Positions 21,047 through 34,200 of a stretch of DNA of 64,000 nucleotides are shown here, piece by piece. A program made the position numbers and the translations under genes. The stretch comes from Eledone cirrhosa (lineage: Eukaryota): assembly GCA_964016885.1 (NCBI GenBank), contig OZ024741.1:36022001-36086000 (forward strand). Reading direction: 5' to 3'. Under the pieces are notes generated by a model that searched no databases, was not told where the DNA came from, and saw nothing but the letters and a program-made list of their open reading frames with translations. The first letter of the stretch is position 1; every line of letters starts with the position of its first letter.

Positions 21047-21528
21047 TCTCGCTGAGTGAGCGTATTCGGTGTTTCAACTCACAGTAGACAAAAAATTTTT
21101 CAGAAAAAATGAGTTGCGCAAAGTGCTAGAAATAGCAGCCGAAGTTGATGGTCGATGTTGAGAATGCGTTGATCTGGAAGGGTCCAGAGGCCAGCGACCA
21201 GAGAAATAAGCATTCTTACTAAATGCGCGGTTATCAACGGTAAATTTACATTGCAAACTTATAAACCGGCAAAGAGAAGAATGTAGCTTAAGGCTGAAGA
21301 ATCCTTGGGGGAGAAATGCTATCTCTGGCGTGCGGCTGTCTGTGAGTAAGAGACATCTCAGTGAATCGAGAATTTATGCTGCCTACACGTGCCAATACAA
21401 GGTTGAAAAAAAATATTTCTAACACGCGATAAAATGATAGTGCAATTTTGAAAGTGACCATGATGAAAAAGAAAGGCTTCCATCAGCATAATTATAGGTG
21501 TGAACTTTGGAAAAAAACAAAAAACTAG

Positions 21529-21564
<36 letters not shown>

Positions 21565-21886
21565 TGTTTTGAAAGAGTTCGTTGTAAGAAACGAGAAACA
21601 TATATATATATATATCGTGAAATGTTTTTTTTTTTTTTTTTTTTTTTTTTTTTGTAAGTGTTCGTTGTAAGAAACGAGAAACATATATATATTGGTGAAA
21701 TGCGACAGTTAATTGATGCGTGAGAGAAAAAGTATGTCTGTGCGAATTCCACATGTGCGTGTGTGCGTGTCCTTGAGTATTTTCATAGTTTGTCGCTAAA
21801 TTTGCTGTGTATTCGTAATGTTACTCACAAAACCAGATGTGCTATTTTTTTCTTTTTTTGGGGGGTGACCACTTATAGCGATGAAC

Positions 21887-21918
21887 GGCTGCGTGTTCGT
21901 ATCACGTCAGGGTTACCA
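21887..21918 (-). promoter_or_regulatory. Extended primer-binding site complementary to the tRNA-Trp 3' end
   Basis: The + strand reads GGCTGCGTGTTCGTATCACGTCAGGGTTACCA, against the recalled metazoan tRNA-Trp end GGCTGCGTGTTCGAATCACGTCGGGGTCACCA (29/32). It lies 1 nt from the 5' LTR. Confidence 0.85.
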
Positions 21919-22285
21919 ATGTAGCGGGATTACTGGTTGCATGAATGTAACAAAACGAGACAATGTTTGTGTATATAATATTTAATTAACGGTAGATAGA
22001 ATACTTGACATGTCAAAGATAGATGTTAGAATGAAACAAAGTTAGCAGTTACCGTTTTGATTGCCAGGCAAACGCGGCTGGCAGAGGGCGCCTGGCTAAG
22101 GCCAGGCGCCTGTTGGCCAAATTAATGGCAGAGCCAAATGAGAAGACTCTTGACCTGGTGCCGAAAAGGCAAAGAGAGAGAGGAAGCTCAAAGCCGCCAG
22201 TTTTATAGGGCTCTGACCGGAAGTCGCAGAAAGGGCTCCACCTCCCGTCCAGATCCCAACCAAAACAAGGGAGACAACCGCTACA

Positions 22286-25200
22286 AACTCTTCAGCCTAT
22301 GGACATTTCAGCCTATGAACTCTACATACTAAAATCTATTCAGCCTATGAACTCTTCACCCTAAGTACTCTTCAGCCTATGGACTCTTCAACCTATGGAC
22401 TCTTCACCCTAAGAACTCTTCAGCCTATGAACTCTTCAGCCTATGGACTTTTCAGTCTATGAACTCTTCACCCTAAGAACTCTTCAGTCTATGAACTCTT
22501 TAGCCTATGGACTCTTCAGCCTATGGACTCTTCACCCTAAGAACTCTTCACACTAAGAACTCTTCAGCCTATGAACTCTTCACCCTAAGTACTCTTCAGC
22601 CTATGAACTCTTCAACCTATGGACTCTTCACCCTAAGAACTCTTCAGCCTATGGAATCTTCAGCACATGAACTCTTTACCCTAAGAACTCTTCAGCCTGT
22701 AAATTCTTCATGCTAAGAACTCTTCAGCCTATAGACTCTTCACCCTAAAAACTCTTCAGTCTATGGACTCTTCAGGATATTAACTCTTCACCCTAAGAAC
22801 TCTTCAGCCTATGTACTCTTCACCCTAAGAACTCTTCAGCCTATGGACTCTTCAGCCATTGAACTCTTCACCCTAAGAACTCTTCAGCCTATGGACTCTT
22901 CAAACTTTGAACTCTTCAGCCTATGAACTCTTCAGACTATGGACTCTTCAGCCTATGAATTATTCACCATAAGAACTCTTCAGCCTATAAACTCTTCAAC
23001 CTATGGACTCTTCAGCCTATGGACTGTTCAACCTAAGAACTCTTCAGCCTATGGGCTCTTCAGCCTATGAACACTTAAGCCTATTGGACTCTTCACACTA
23101 AGAACTCTTCAGCCTATGAACTGTTCATCCTAAGAACTCTTCAGCCTATGGACTCTTCATCCTATGGACTCTTCAGCCTATGAACTCTTCACCCTAAGAA
23201 CTCTTAAGCCTATGAACTCTTAAGCCTATGAACTCTTCAGCCTATGAACTCGTCACCATAAGAACTCTTCAGACTATGAACTCTTCAGCCTATGAACTCT
23301 TCAGCTTATTGACTCTTCAGCCTATGAAATCTTCAACCAATGGACTCTTCAACCTATGAACACTTCAGCCTATGAAATATTCAGTCTATGAACTATTCAG
23401 CCTATAGACTCTTCAGCCTATGAACTCTTGAGCCTATGGACTGTTCCCCCTAAGAACACTTCAGCTTATGAACTCTTCAGACTATGAACTCTTCAGGCTA
23501 TAAAATCTGCACCCTAAGAAATCTTCAGCCTATGAACTTTTCACCATAAGAACTCTTCAGCCTGAGGACTTTTCACCCTAAGAACTCTTCAGCCTATGAA
23601 CTGTTCACTCTTAGAGCTCTTTAGCCTAAGAACTGTTCAGCCTATGGACTCTTCAGCCTATGAATTCTTCTCCTTTAGAACTTGTCGGCACATGAAAGCT
23701 TCACCCTAAGAACTCTTCAGCATATGGACTCTTCAGCCTATGAACTCTTCAGCCTATGGACTATTCAGCCTATGGACTTTTCATTCTAAAAACTATTGAG
23801 TCTATAGACTTTTCATCCTAAAAACTCTACAGCCTATGAACTCTTCAGCCTATGGTCTCTTCAGCCTATGAACTCTTCAGCCTATGGACTCTTCAGCCTA
23901 TGAAATCTTCACACTTAGAACTCTTCAGGCTATTAACTCTTCACCCTAAGAACTCTTCAGCCTATGGACTCTTCAGACAATGGACACTTCAGCGTATGAA
24001 CTCTTTACCCTAATAACTCTTCAGCCTGTGGACTCTTCACCCTAAGAACTCTTCAACCTATGGGCTCTTCACCCTAAGAACTCTTCAGCCTGTGGACTTT
24101 AAGCCTATGTACTCTTCAACCTATGGACTCTTCAGCATATGGACTCTTCACCCTAAGAACTCTTCAGCCTATGGACTCTTCAGCCTATGAACTCTTCAGC
24201 CTACGGACTCTTCACACTAGGAACTCTTCAGCCTATCAACTCTTCAGTCTATGAACTCTTCACCCTAAGAACTCTTCAGCCTATGGACTCTTCACCCTAA
24301 TAACTATTCAGCCTATGAACTGTTCACACTAAGAACTCTTCAGCCTAAGAACTGTTCAGCCTATGGACTCATCAGCCTACTAACTCTTCACCCTATGGAC
24401 CCATCAGCCTATGGACTCTTCACTCTAAGAAATATTTAACCTATGGACTCTTCAGCCTATGGTCTCTTCAGCTTGTGAACTCTTCAGCCTATTGACTCTT
24501 CAACCAATGGACTCTTCATCCTAAGTAAGCTTCAGTCTATGGACGCTTCACACAAAGAACAGTTCACCCTTAGAACTCTTCAGCCTATGAAGTCTTCACC
24601 TTTAGAACTCTTCAGGCTATTATCACTTCAACCTAAGAATTCTTCAGCCTATGAACTCTTCACCCTAAGAACTCTTCAGCCTATGGTCTTTTCAGCCTAT
24701 GAACTCTTCACCTTAGAACTCTTCAATCTATTATCTCTTCACCCTGCAGAACTCTTCAGCCTGTGAACTCTTCACCGTAAGAACTCTTCAGCCTATGAAC
24801 TCTTCAGCCTATGAACTCTTCAGTCTATGGACTCTTCAGCCTATGAAGTCTTCACCCTAAGCACTCTTCAGCCTATGAACTCTTCACCATAAGAACTCTT
24901 CAGCCTATGGATTCTGCACCCTAAGAACTCTTCAGCCTATGAACTGCTCACTCTTAGAACTCTTCAGCCTAAGAACTGTTCAGCCTATGGACTCTCAGCC
25001 TATGAATTCTTAACCCTTAGAACTCTTCAGCCTATGGACTCTTCACCCTAAGAACTCTTCAGCCTATGGACTCTTCAGCCTATGGAAACTTCAGCCTATG
25101 AACACTTTACCTTAAGAACCCTTCAGCCTGTGAAGTCTTCACCCTAAGAACTCTTAAGCCTATGGGCTCTTCACCCTAAGAACTCTTCAGCCCGTGGACT

Positions 25201-28200
25201 TTCAGCCTATGAACTCTTCAACCTATGGACTCTTCACCCTAAGAACTCTTCAACCTATGGACTCTTGAGGCTATTAGCTCTTCACCCTAAGAATTCTTCA
25301 GCCTATGAATTCTTCAAACTAAGAACTCTTCTGCCTATGAACTCTTCAGCCTATGAACTCTTCAGTCTATGAACTTTTCACCCTAACAACTCTTCAGCCT
25401 ATGAACTCTTCACCTTAAGAACTCTTCAGCCTATGGATCTTCACCCTAAGAACTCTTCAGCCTATGGACTTTCAGCATATGTACTCTTCAATCTATGGAC
25501 TCTTCAGCATATGGACTCTTCACCCTAAGAACTCTTCAGCCTATGGACTCTTCACCCTAAGAAATATTCAGCCTATGAACTGTTCACACTAAGAACTCTT
25601 CCGCCTAAGAACTCTCAGCCTATGAACTCTTCACACTTAGAACTCTTCAACTTAAGAACTCTTCAGCCTATGGACTCTTCAGCCTATGAACTCTTCACCC
25701 TATGGACACTTCAGCCTATGGACTCTTCACTCTAAGAAATCTTAAGCCTATGGATTCTTCAGCCTATGGTCTCTTCAGCCTGTGAACTCTTCAGCCTATG
25801 GACTCTTCAACCTATGGACTCTTCACCCTAAGAACTCTTCAGCCTATGGACTCTTCACCCTAAGAAAAGTTCACCCTTAGAACTCTTCAGCCTATGAACT
25901 CTTCATCCTTAGAACTCTTCAGGCTATTATCACTTCGACCTAAGAATTCTTCAGCCTATGAACTCTTCACCCTTAGAACTCTTCAGCCTATGGATTTTTC
26001 AGCCTAGAGACTCTTCAGCCTATGGACACTTCAGCCTAAGAACTCTTCATACTAAGAACTCTTCAGCCTATGAACTCTTCACCCTAACAACTCTTCAGCC
26101 TATGGACTTGTCAGACTATGGACTCTTCACCCTAAGAACTCTTCAGCCTATGGACTTTTCAACCTATGAACTCTTCATCCTTAGAACTCTTCAGGCTATT
26201 ATCTCTTCACTCTGAGAACTCTTCAGCCTATGAACTCTTCACCCTAAGCACTCTTCAGCCTATGGACTCTTCAGTCTATGGACTCTTCACCCTAAGATCT
26301 CTTCAGCCTATGAACTCTTCAGCCTATGGAATCTTCAGCACATGAATTCTTTACGCTAAGAACTCTTCAGCCTATAAACTCTTCAAGCTAAGAACTCTTC
26401 AGCCTATAGGCTATTCACCCTAAGAACTCTTCAGCCTATGGACTCTTCAGCCATTGAACTCTTCACCCTATGAACTCTTCAGCCTATGGACTCTTTAACC
26501 TATGAACTCTTCAGCCTATGGACTCTTCAGTCTATGAACTCTTTACCCTAAGCACTCTTCAGCCTGTGAACTCTTCACACTAAGAACTCTTCAGCCTATG
26601 GACTCTTCAGCCTATGAAATCTTCACCCTAACAACTCTTCAGCCTATGAACTCTTCAACCTATGGAATCTTCAGCCTATGGACTTTTCACCCTAAGAACA
26701 CTTCAGCCTATGGATTTTTCAACCTATGAACTCTTCAACCTATGAACACTTCAGCCTATGAATTCTTCACCCTAAGAACTCTTCAGCCTATGAACTCTTC
26801 AACGTATGGACTCTTCAGCCTATGGACTCTTCACACTAAGAACTCTTCAGCCTATGGACTCTTCATCCTATGAATTCTTCAGCCTATGAAATCTTCAACC
26901 TATGGACTCTTCACCCTAAGAACTCATGAGCCTATGGACCGTTCAGCCTATGAACTCTTTAGCCTATTGGACTCTTCACCCTAACAACTCTTCAGCCTAT
27001 ATACTGTTCACCCTAAGAACTCTTCAGCCTATGGACTCTTCAGCCTATGGACTCTTCAGCCTATGAACTCTTCACCCTAAGAACTTTTCAGCCTATGGAC
27101 TCTTCAGCCTATGAAATTTTCAACCAATGGACTCTTCAAACTATGAACTCTTCAGCCTATGAACTCTTCAGTCTATGAACTATTCAGCCTATAGACTCTT
27201 CAGTCTATGAACTATTGAGCCTATGGACTCTTCACCCTAAGAACTCTTCAACCTATGGACTCTTGAGGCTATTAGCTCTTCACCCTAAGAATTCTTCAGC
27301 CTATGAATTCTTCAAACTAAGAACTCTTCTGCCTATGAACTCTTCAGCCTATGAACTCTTCAGTCTATGAACTTTTCACCCTAACAACTCTTCAGCCTAT
27401 GAACTCTTCACCTTAAGAACTCTTCAGCCTATGGATCTTCACCCTAAGAACTCTTCAGCCTATGGACTTTCAGCATATGTACTCTTCAATCTATGGACTC
27501 TTCAGCATATGGACTCTTCACCCTAAGAACTCTTCAGCCTATGGACTCTTCACCCTAAGAAATATTCAGCCTATGAACTGTTCACACTAAGAACTCTTCC
27601 GCCTAAGAACTCTCAGCCTATGAACTCTTCACACTTAGAACTCTTCAACTTAAGAACTCTTCAGCCTATGGACTCTTCAGCCTATGAACTCTTCACCCTA
27701 TGGACACTTCAGCCTATGGACTCTTCACTCTAAGAAATCTTAAGCCTATGGATTCTTCAGCCTATGGTCTCTTCAGCCTGTGAACTCTTCAGCCTATGGA
27801 CTCTTCAACCTATGGACTCTTCACCCTAAGAACTCTTCAGCCTATGGACTCTTCACCCTAAGAAAAGTTCACCCTTAGAACTCTTCAGCCTATGAACTCT
27901 TCATCCTTAGAACTCTTCAGGCTATTATCACTTCAACCTAAGAATTCTTCAGCCTATGAACTCTTCACCCTTAGAACTCTTCAGCCTATGGATTTTTCAG
28001 CCTAGAGACTCTTCAGCCTATGGACACTTCAGCCTAAGAACTCTTCATACTAAGAACTCTTCAGCCTATGAACTCTTCACCCTAACAACTCTTCAGCCTA
28101 TGGACTTGTCAGACTATGGACTCTTCACCCTAAGAACTCTTCAGCCTATGGACTTTTCAACCTATGAACTCTTCATCCTTAGAACTCTTCAGGCTATTAT

Positions 28201-31200
28201 CTCTTCACTCTGAGAACTCTTCAGCCTATGAACTCTTCACCCTAAGCACTCTTCAGCCTATGGACTCTTCAGTCTATGGACTCTTCAACCTAAGATCTCT
28301 TCAGCCTATGAACTCTTCAGCCTATGGAATCTTCAGCACATGAATTCTTTACGCTAAGAACTCTTCAGCCTATAAACTCTTCAAGCTAAGAACTCTTCAG
28401 CCTATAGGCTATTCACCCTAAGAACTCTTCAGCCTATGGACTCTTCAGCCATTGAACTCTTCACCCTATGAACTCTTCAGCCTATGGACTCTTTAACCTA
28501 TGAACTCTTCAGCCTATGGACTCTTCAGTCTATGAACTCTTTACCCTAAGCACTCTTCAACCTATGAACTCTTCAGCCTATGAATTCTTCACCCTAAGAA
28601 CTCTTCAGCCTATGAACTCTTCAACCTATGGACTCTTCAGCCTATGGACTCTTCACACTAAGAACTCTTCAGCCTATGGACTCTTCATCCTATGAATTCT
28701 TCAGCCTATGAAATCTTCAACCTATGGACTCTTCACCCTAAGAACTCATGAGCCTATGGACCCTTCAGCCTATGAACTCTTTAGCCTATTGGACTCTTCA
28801 CCCTAACAACTCTTCAGCCTATATACTGTTCACCCTAAGAACTCTTCAGCCTATGGACTCTTCAGCCTATGAACTCTTCACCCTAAGAACTTTTCAGCCT
28901 ATGGACTCTTCAGCCTATGAAATCTTCAACCAATGGACTCTTCAAACTATGAACTCTTCAGCCTATGAACTCTTCAGTCTATGAACTATTCAGCCTATAG
29001 ACTCTTCAGTCTATGAAGTATTGAGCCTATGGACTCTTCACCCTAAGAACTCTTCAGCGTATAAACTCTTCAGCCTATGAACCCTTCAGTCTATAAAATC
29101 TGCACCCTAAGAACTCTTCAGCCTATGAACTATTCACGATAAGAACTCTTCAGTCTGAGGACTCTTCACCCTAAGAACTATTCAGCCTATGGGCTCTTCA
29201 GCCTATGAATTCTTCAGCCTATGGACTATTCATCCTATGGATTTTCATCCTAAAATCTCTACAGCCCATGAAATCTTCAGCCTATTGACACTTCAGCCTA
29301 TGAACTCTTCACACTAAGAACTCTTCAGCCTATGGACTCTTCACCCTAAGAACTCTTCAGTCTATGAACTCTTCAGCCTATGGACTCTTCAGCCTATCAA
29401 CTCTTCACGCTTAGAACTCTTCAGCTTATGAACTCTTCACACTAAGAACTCTTCAGCCTATGGAGTTTCAGCCTATGTACTCTTCAACCTATGGACTCTT
29501 CAGCATATGGACTTTTCGCCCTAAGAACTCTTCAGTCTATGGACTCTTCAGCCTATGAACTCTTCAGCCTATGGACTCTTCACACTAGGAACTCTTCAGC
29601 CTATCAACTCTTCACTCTATGAACTCTTCACCCTAAGAACTATTCAGCCTATGAACTGTTCACACTAAGAATTCTTCAGCCTAAGAACTGTTCAGCCTAT
29701 GGATTCTTCAGCCTTAGAATTCTTCAGCCTATGAACTCTTCAGCCTATGAAATCTTCACCCTATGGACACTTCAGCCTATGGAGTCTTCAATCTAAGAAA
29801 TCTTTAGCCTATGGACATTTCAGCCTATGGTCTCTTCAGCCTGTGAACTCTTCAGCCTATGGACTCTTCATCCTATGGACTCTTCACCCTAAGAACTCTT
29901 CAGCCTATGAACTCTTCACCCTTAGAACAGTTCACCCTTAGAACTCTTCAGCCTATGAACTCTTCACCCTAAGAACAGTTCACCCTTAGAACTCTTCAGC
30001 CTATGAACTCTTCACCCTTAGAACTCTTCAGGCTATTATCACTTCAAACTAAGAATTCTTCACCCTAAGAACTCTTCAACCTATGGACTCTTCAGCCTAT
30101 TGACTTTTCACCCTAAGAACTCTTCATCCTATGGACTCTTCAGCCTATGAACTCTTCAGCCTATGAAATCTTCAGCCTTTTGGACTCTTCACACTAAGAA
30201 CACTTCAGCCTATGAACTGTTCACCCTATGAACTCATCAGCCTATGGACTCTTCAGCCTAAGGACACTTCAGCCTATGAACTTTTCACCCTAAGAACTCT
30301 TCAGCCTATGATCTCTTCAGCCTAGGAACTCGTCACCCTAAGAACTCTTCAGACTATGATCTCTTCAGCCTATGGACTCTTCAGTCTATGAAATCTTCAA
30401 CCAATAGACTCTTCAACCTATGAACTCTTCACCCTATGAAATCTTCAGTCTATGGACTATTCAGCCTATAGACTCTTCAGCCTATGAACTCTTGAGCCTA
30501 TGGACTCTTCACCCTAAGAATTCTTCAGCTTATGAACTCTTCAGCCTATGAACTCTTCAGTCTATAAAATCTGCACCCTAAGAACTCTTCACCATAAGAA
30601 CTCTTCAGCCTATGAACTCTTCACCCTAAGAACAGTTCACCCTTAGAACTCTTCAGCCTATGAACTCTTCACCCTTAGAACTCTTCAGGCTATTATCACT
30701 TCAAACTAAGAATTATTCAGCCTATGAACTCTTCACCCTAAGAACTCTACAACCTATGGACTCTTCAGCCTATTGACTTTTCACCCTAAGAACTCTTCAG
30801 CCTTTGGACTCTTCAGCCTATGAACTCTTCAGCCTTTTGGACTCTTCACACTAAGAACTCTTCAGCCTATGAACTGTTCACCCTATGAACTCATCAGCCT
30901 ATGGACTCTTCAGCCTAAGGACACTTCAGCCTATGAACTCTTCACCCTAAGAACTCTTCAGCCTATGAACTCGTCACCCTAAGAACTCTTCAGACTATGA
31001 ACTCTTCAGCCTATGAACTCTTCAGCCTATGGACTCTTCAGTCTATGAAATCTTCAACCGATAGACTCTTCAACCTATGAACTCTTCACCCTATGAAATC
31101 TTCAGTCTATGGACTATTCAGCCTATAGACTCTTCAGCCTATGAACTCTTGAGCCTATGGACTCTTCACCCTAAGAATTTTTCAGCTTATGAACTCTTCA

Positions 31201-34200
31201 GTCTATAAAATCTGCACCCTAAGAACTCTTCACCATAAGAACTCATCAGCCTATGAACTGTTCACTCTTAGAGCTCTTCAGCCTAAGAACTTTTCAGCCT
31301 ATGGCTCTTCAGCCTATGAATTCTTCTCCCTTAGAACTTTTCGGCACATGAACTCTTCAAGCTAAGAACTCTTCAGCCTATGGACTCTTCAGCCTATGAA
31401 CTCTTCAGCCTATGGACTATTCAGCCTATGGACTTTTCATCCTAAAAACTCTACAGCCTATGGAATCTTCAGCCTATTGACACTTCAGCCTATGAACAAT
31501 TCACACGAAGAACTCTTGAGCCTATGAACTCTGCAGCCTATGAACTCTTCACTCTAAGAACTCTTAAGCCTATGGACTCTTAAGCCTATAAACTCTCTTC
31601 AGCCTATGGACTCTTCAGCCTGTGGACTCTTCACCCTAAGAACTCTTCAGCATATGGACTCTTCACCGTAAAAACTCTTCAGCCTATGGACTCTTCAGCC
31701 TATGAACTCTTCAGCCTACGGACTCTTCACACTAGGAACTCTTCAGCCTATCAACTCTTCAGTCTATGAACTCTTCACCCTAAGGACTCTTCAGCCTATG
31801 GACTCTTCACCCTAAGAACTATTCAGCCTATGAACTGTTCACACTAAGAACTCTTCAGTCTAAGAACTGTTAAGCCTATGGACTCATCAGCCTATGAACT
31901 CTTCACCCTATGGACACTTCAGCCTATGGATTCTTCACTCTAAGAAATCTTTAACCTATGGACTCTTCAGCCTATGGTCTCTTCAGCCTGTAAACTCTTC
32001 AGCCTATGGACTCTTCAACCTATGGACTCAACCCTAAGCACTCTTCAGTCTATGGACTCTTCACACTAAGAACAGTTCACACTTAGAACTCTTCAGCCTA
32101 TGAACTCTTCACCCTAAGAACTCTTCAGACTATGGAATCTTCAGCCTATGGACTCTTCAGCCTAGAGACTCTTTAGCCTATGGACAATTCAGCCTATGAA
32201 CTCTTCACCCTTAGAACTCTTCAGACTATCGAATCTTCAGCCTATAGACTCTTCAGCCTAGAGACTATTCAGGCTATGGACTCTTCAGCCTATAGACTCT
32301 TCATCCTATGGACATTTCAGCCCATGAACTCTTTACACTAAGAACTCTTCAGCCTATGGATTCTTCATCCTAAGAACTCTTCCGCATAAGAACTCTTCAG
32401 CCTATGGACTCTTCAGCCTATAAATTCTTCACACTTAGAACTCTTCAGCCTATGAATTCTTCATCCTAATAACTTAACTCTTCAGCCTATGGACTCTTCA
32501 GCCTATGGATTATTCAGCCTATGAACTATTTACCCTAAGAGCTCTTCAGCCTGTGAAGTCTTCAGCCTAAAAACTCTTCAGCCTATGAACTCTTCAGCCT
32601 ATGAACTATTTACCCTGGAGAACTCTTCAGTCTGTGAACTCTTCACCCTAAGAACTCTTCAGCCTATGAACTCTTCAGCCTATGAACACATCAGTCTATG
32701 GACTATTCAGCCTATGAAGTTTTCACCCTAAGCACTCTTCAGCCTATGAACTCTTGACCATAAGAACTCTTCAGCCTATGGATTCTTCACCCTAAGAATT
32801 CTTCAGCCTATGAACTGTTCACTCTTAGAACTCTTCAGCCTAAGAACTGTTCAGCCTATGGCCTCTCAGCCTATGAATTCTTAACACTTAGAACTCTCCA
32901 CCCTATGGACTCTTCACCCTAAGAATTCTTCAGCCTATGGACTCTTCAGCCTGTGAACTCTTCAGCCTATGGACTCTTCAGCCTATGGAAACTTCAGCCT
33001 ATGAACACTTTACCTTAAGAACTCTTCAGCCTGTGAACTCTTCACCCTAAGAACTCTTCAGCCTATGGGTACTTCACCCTAAGAACCCTTCAGCCTATGA
33101 ACTATTGAGGCTATTAGCTCTTCACCCTAAGAACTCTTCAGCCTATGAATTCTTCATCCTATGAACTCTTCAGCCTATGAACTCTTCACACTTAGAACTC
33201 TTGAGCCTATGAACTCTTCACTCTAAGAACTCTTCAGTCTATGGTCTCTTTTGGCTATGAACTCTTCCGCCTATAGACTCTTCAGCCTATGGTCATTTTA
33301 GCCTATGAACTCTTTACACTAAGAACTCCTCAGCCTATGGTCTCTTCACCCTAAGAACTCTTCAGCCTATGGATTTTTCAGCCTATGAACTCTTCACCCT
33401 ATGGACACTTCAGCCTATGGATTCTTCACTCTATGAAATCTTTAGCCTATCGACTCTTCAGCCTATGGACTCTTCAGCTTGTGAACTCTTCAGCCTATGG
33501 ACTCTTCAACATATGGACTCTTCACCCTAAGAACTATTCAGCCTATGGACTCTTCACCCTAAGAACAGTTCACCCTTAGAACTCTTCAGCCTATGAACTC
33601 TTCATCCTTAGAACTCTTCAGGCTATTATCACTTCAACCTAAGAATTCTTCAGCCTATGAACTCTTCACCCTAAAAACCTTTCAGCCTATGGACTCTTGA
33701 GCCTATGGACTCTTCAGCCTAGATACTCTTCAGCCTATGGACACTTCAGCCTATGAAATCTTTACACTAAGAACTCTTCAGCCTATGAACTCTTCACCCT
33801 AACAACTCTTCAGCCTATGGACTCGTCAGCCTATGAACTCTTCAGCCTATTGACTCTTCAGCCTATGGACTCTTCACCCTAAGAACTCTTCAGCCTATGG
33901 ATTTTTCAGCCTATGAACTCTTCACCCTTAGAACTCTTCAGGCTATTATCTCTTCACCCTGAGAACTCTTCAGCCTATGAACTGTTCACCCTAATAACTC
34001 CTCAGCCTATGGACTCTTCAGGCTATGGAATCTTCAGCACATGAATTCTTTACCCTAAGAACACTTCAGCCTGTAAACTCTTCACGCTAAGAACTCTTCA
34101 GCCTATAGGCTCTTCACCCTAAGAACCCTTCAGCCTATGGACTCTTCAGCCATTGAACTCTTCCCCCTAAGAACTCTTCAGCCTATGAACTTTTCAACCT

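Larger units (their letters stand above)
20177..22285 (-). mobile_element. Young non-autonomous LTR retrotransposon (2109 bp), Gypsy/CsRn1-like signals
   Basis: 366-bp LTRs at 20177-20542 and 21920-22285, with no differences seen by eye. TGTAGCGG..CCGCTACA termini, AACT TSD (20173-20176 and 22286-22289), tRNA-Trp PBS and PPT. No gag/pol. Confidence 0.92.

Noticed and set aside
20700-21077. PolyQ/polyA/polyC ORFs in the LTR element
   Set aside because: They are open in several frames on both strands because of the CAG tract, and show no gag, protease, RT or integrase motifs.
21887-21918. tRNA-Trp gene
   Set aside because: Only the 3' 32 nt are present, with encoded CCA, adjacent to an LTR: this is a PBS.
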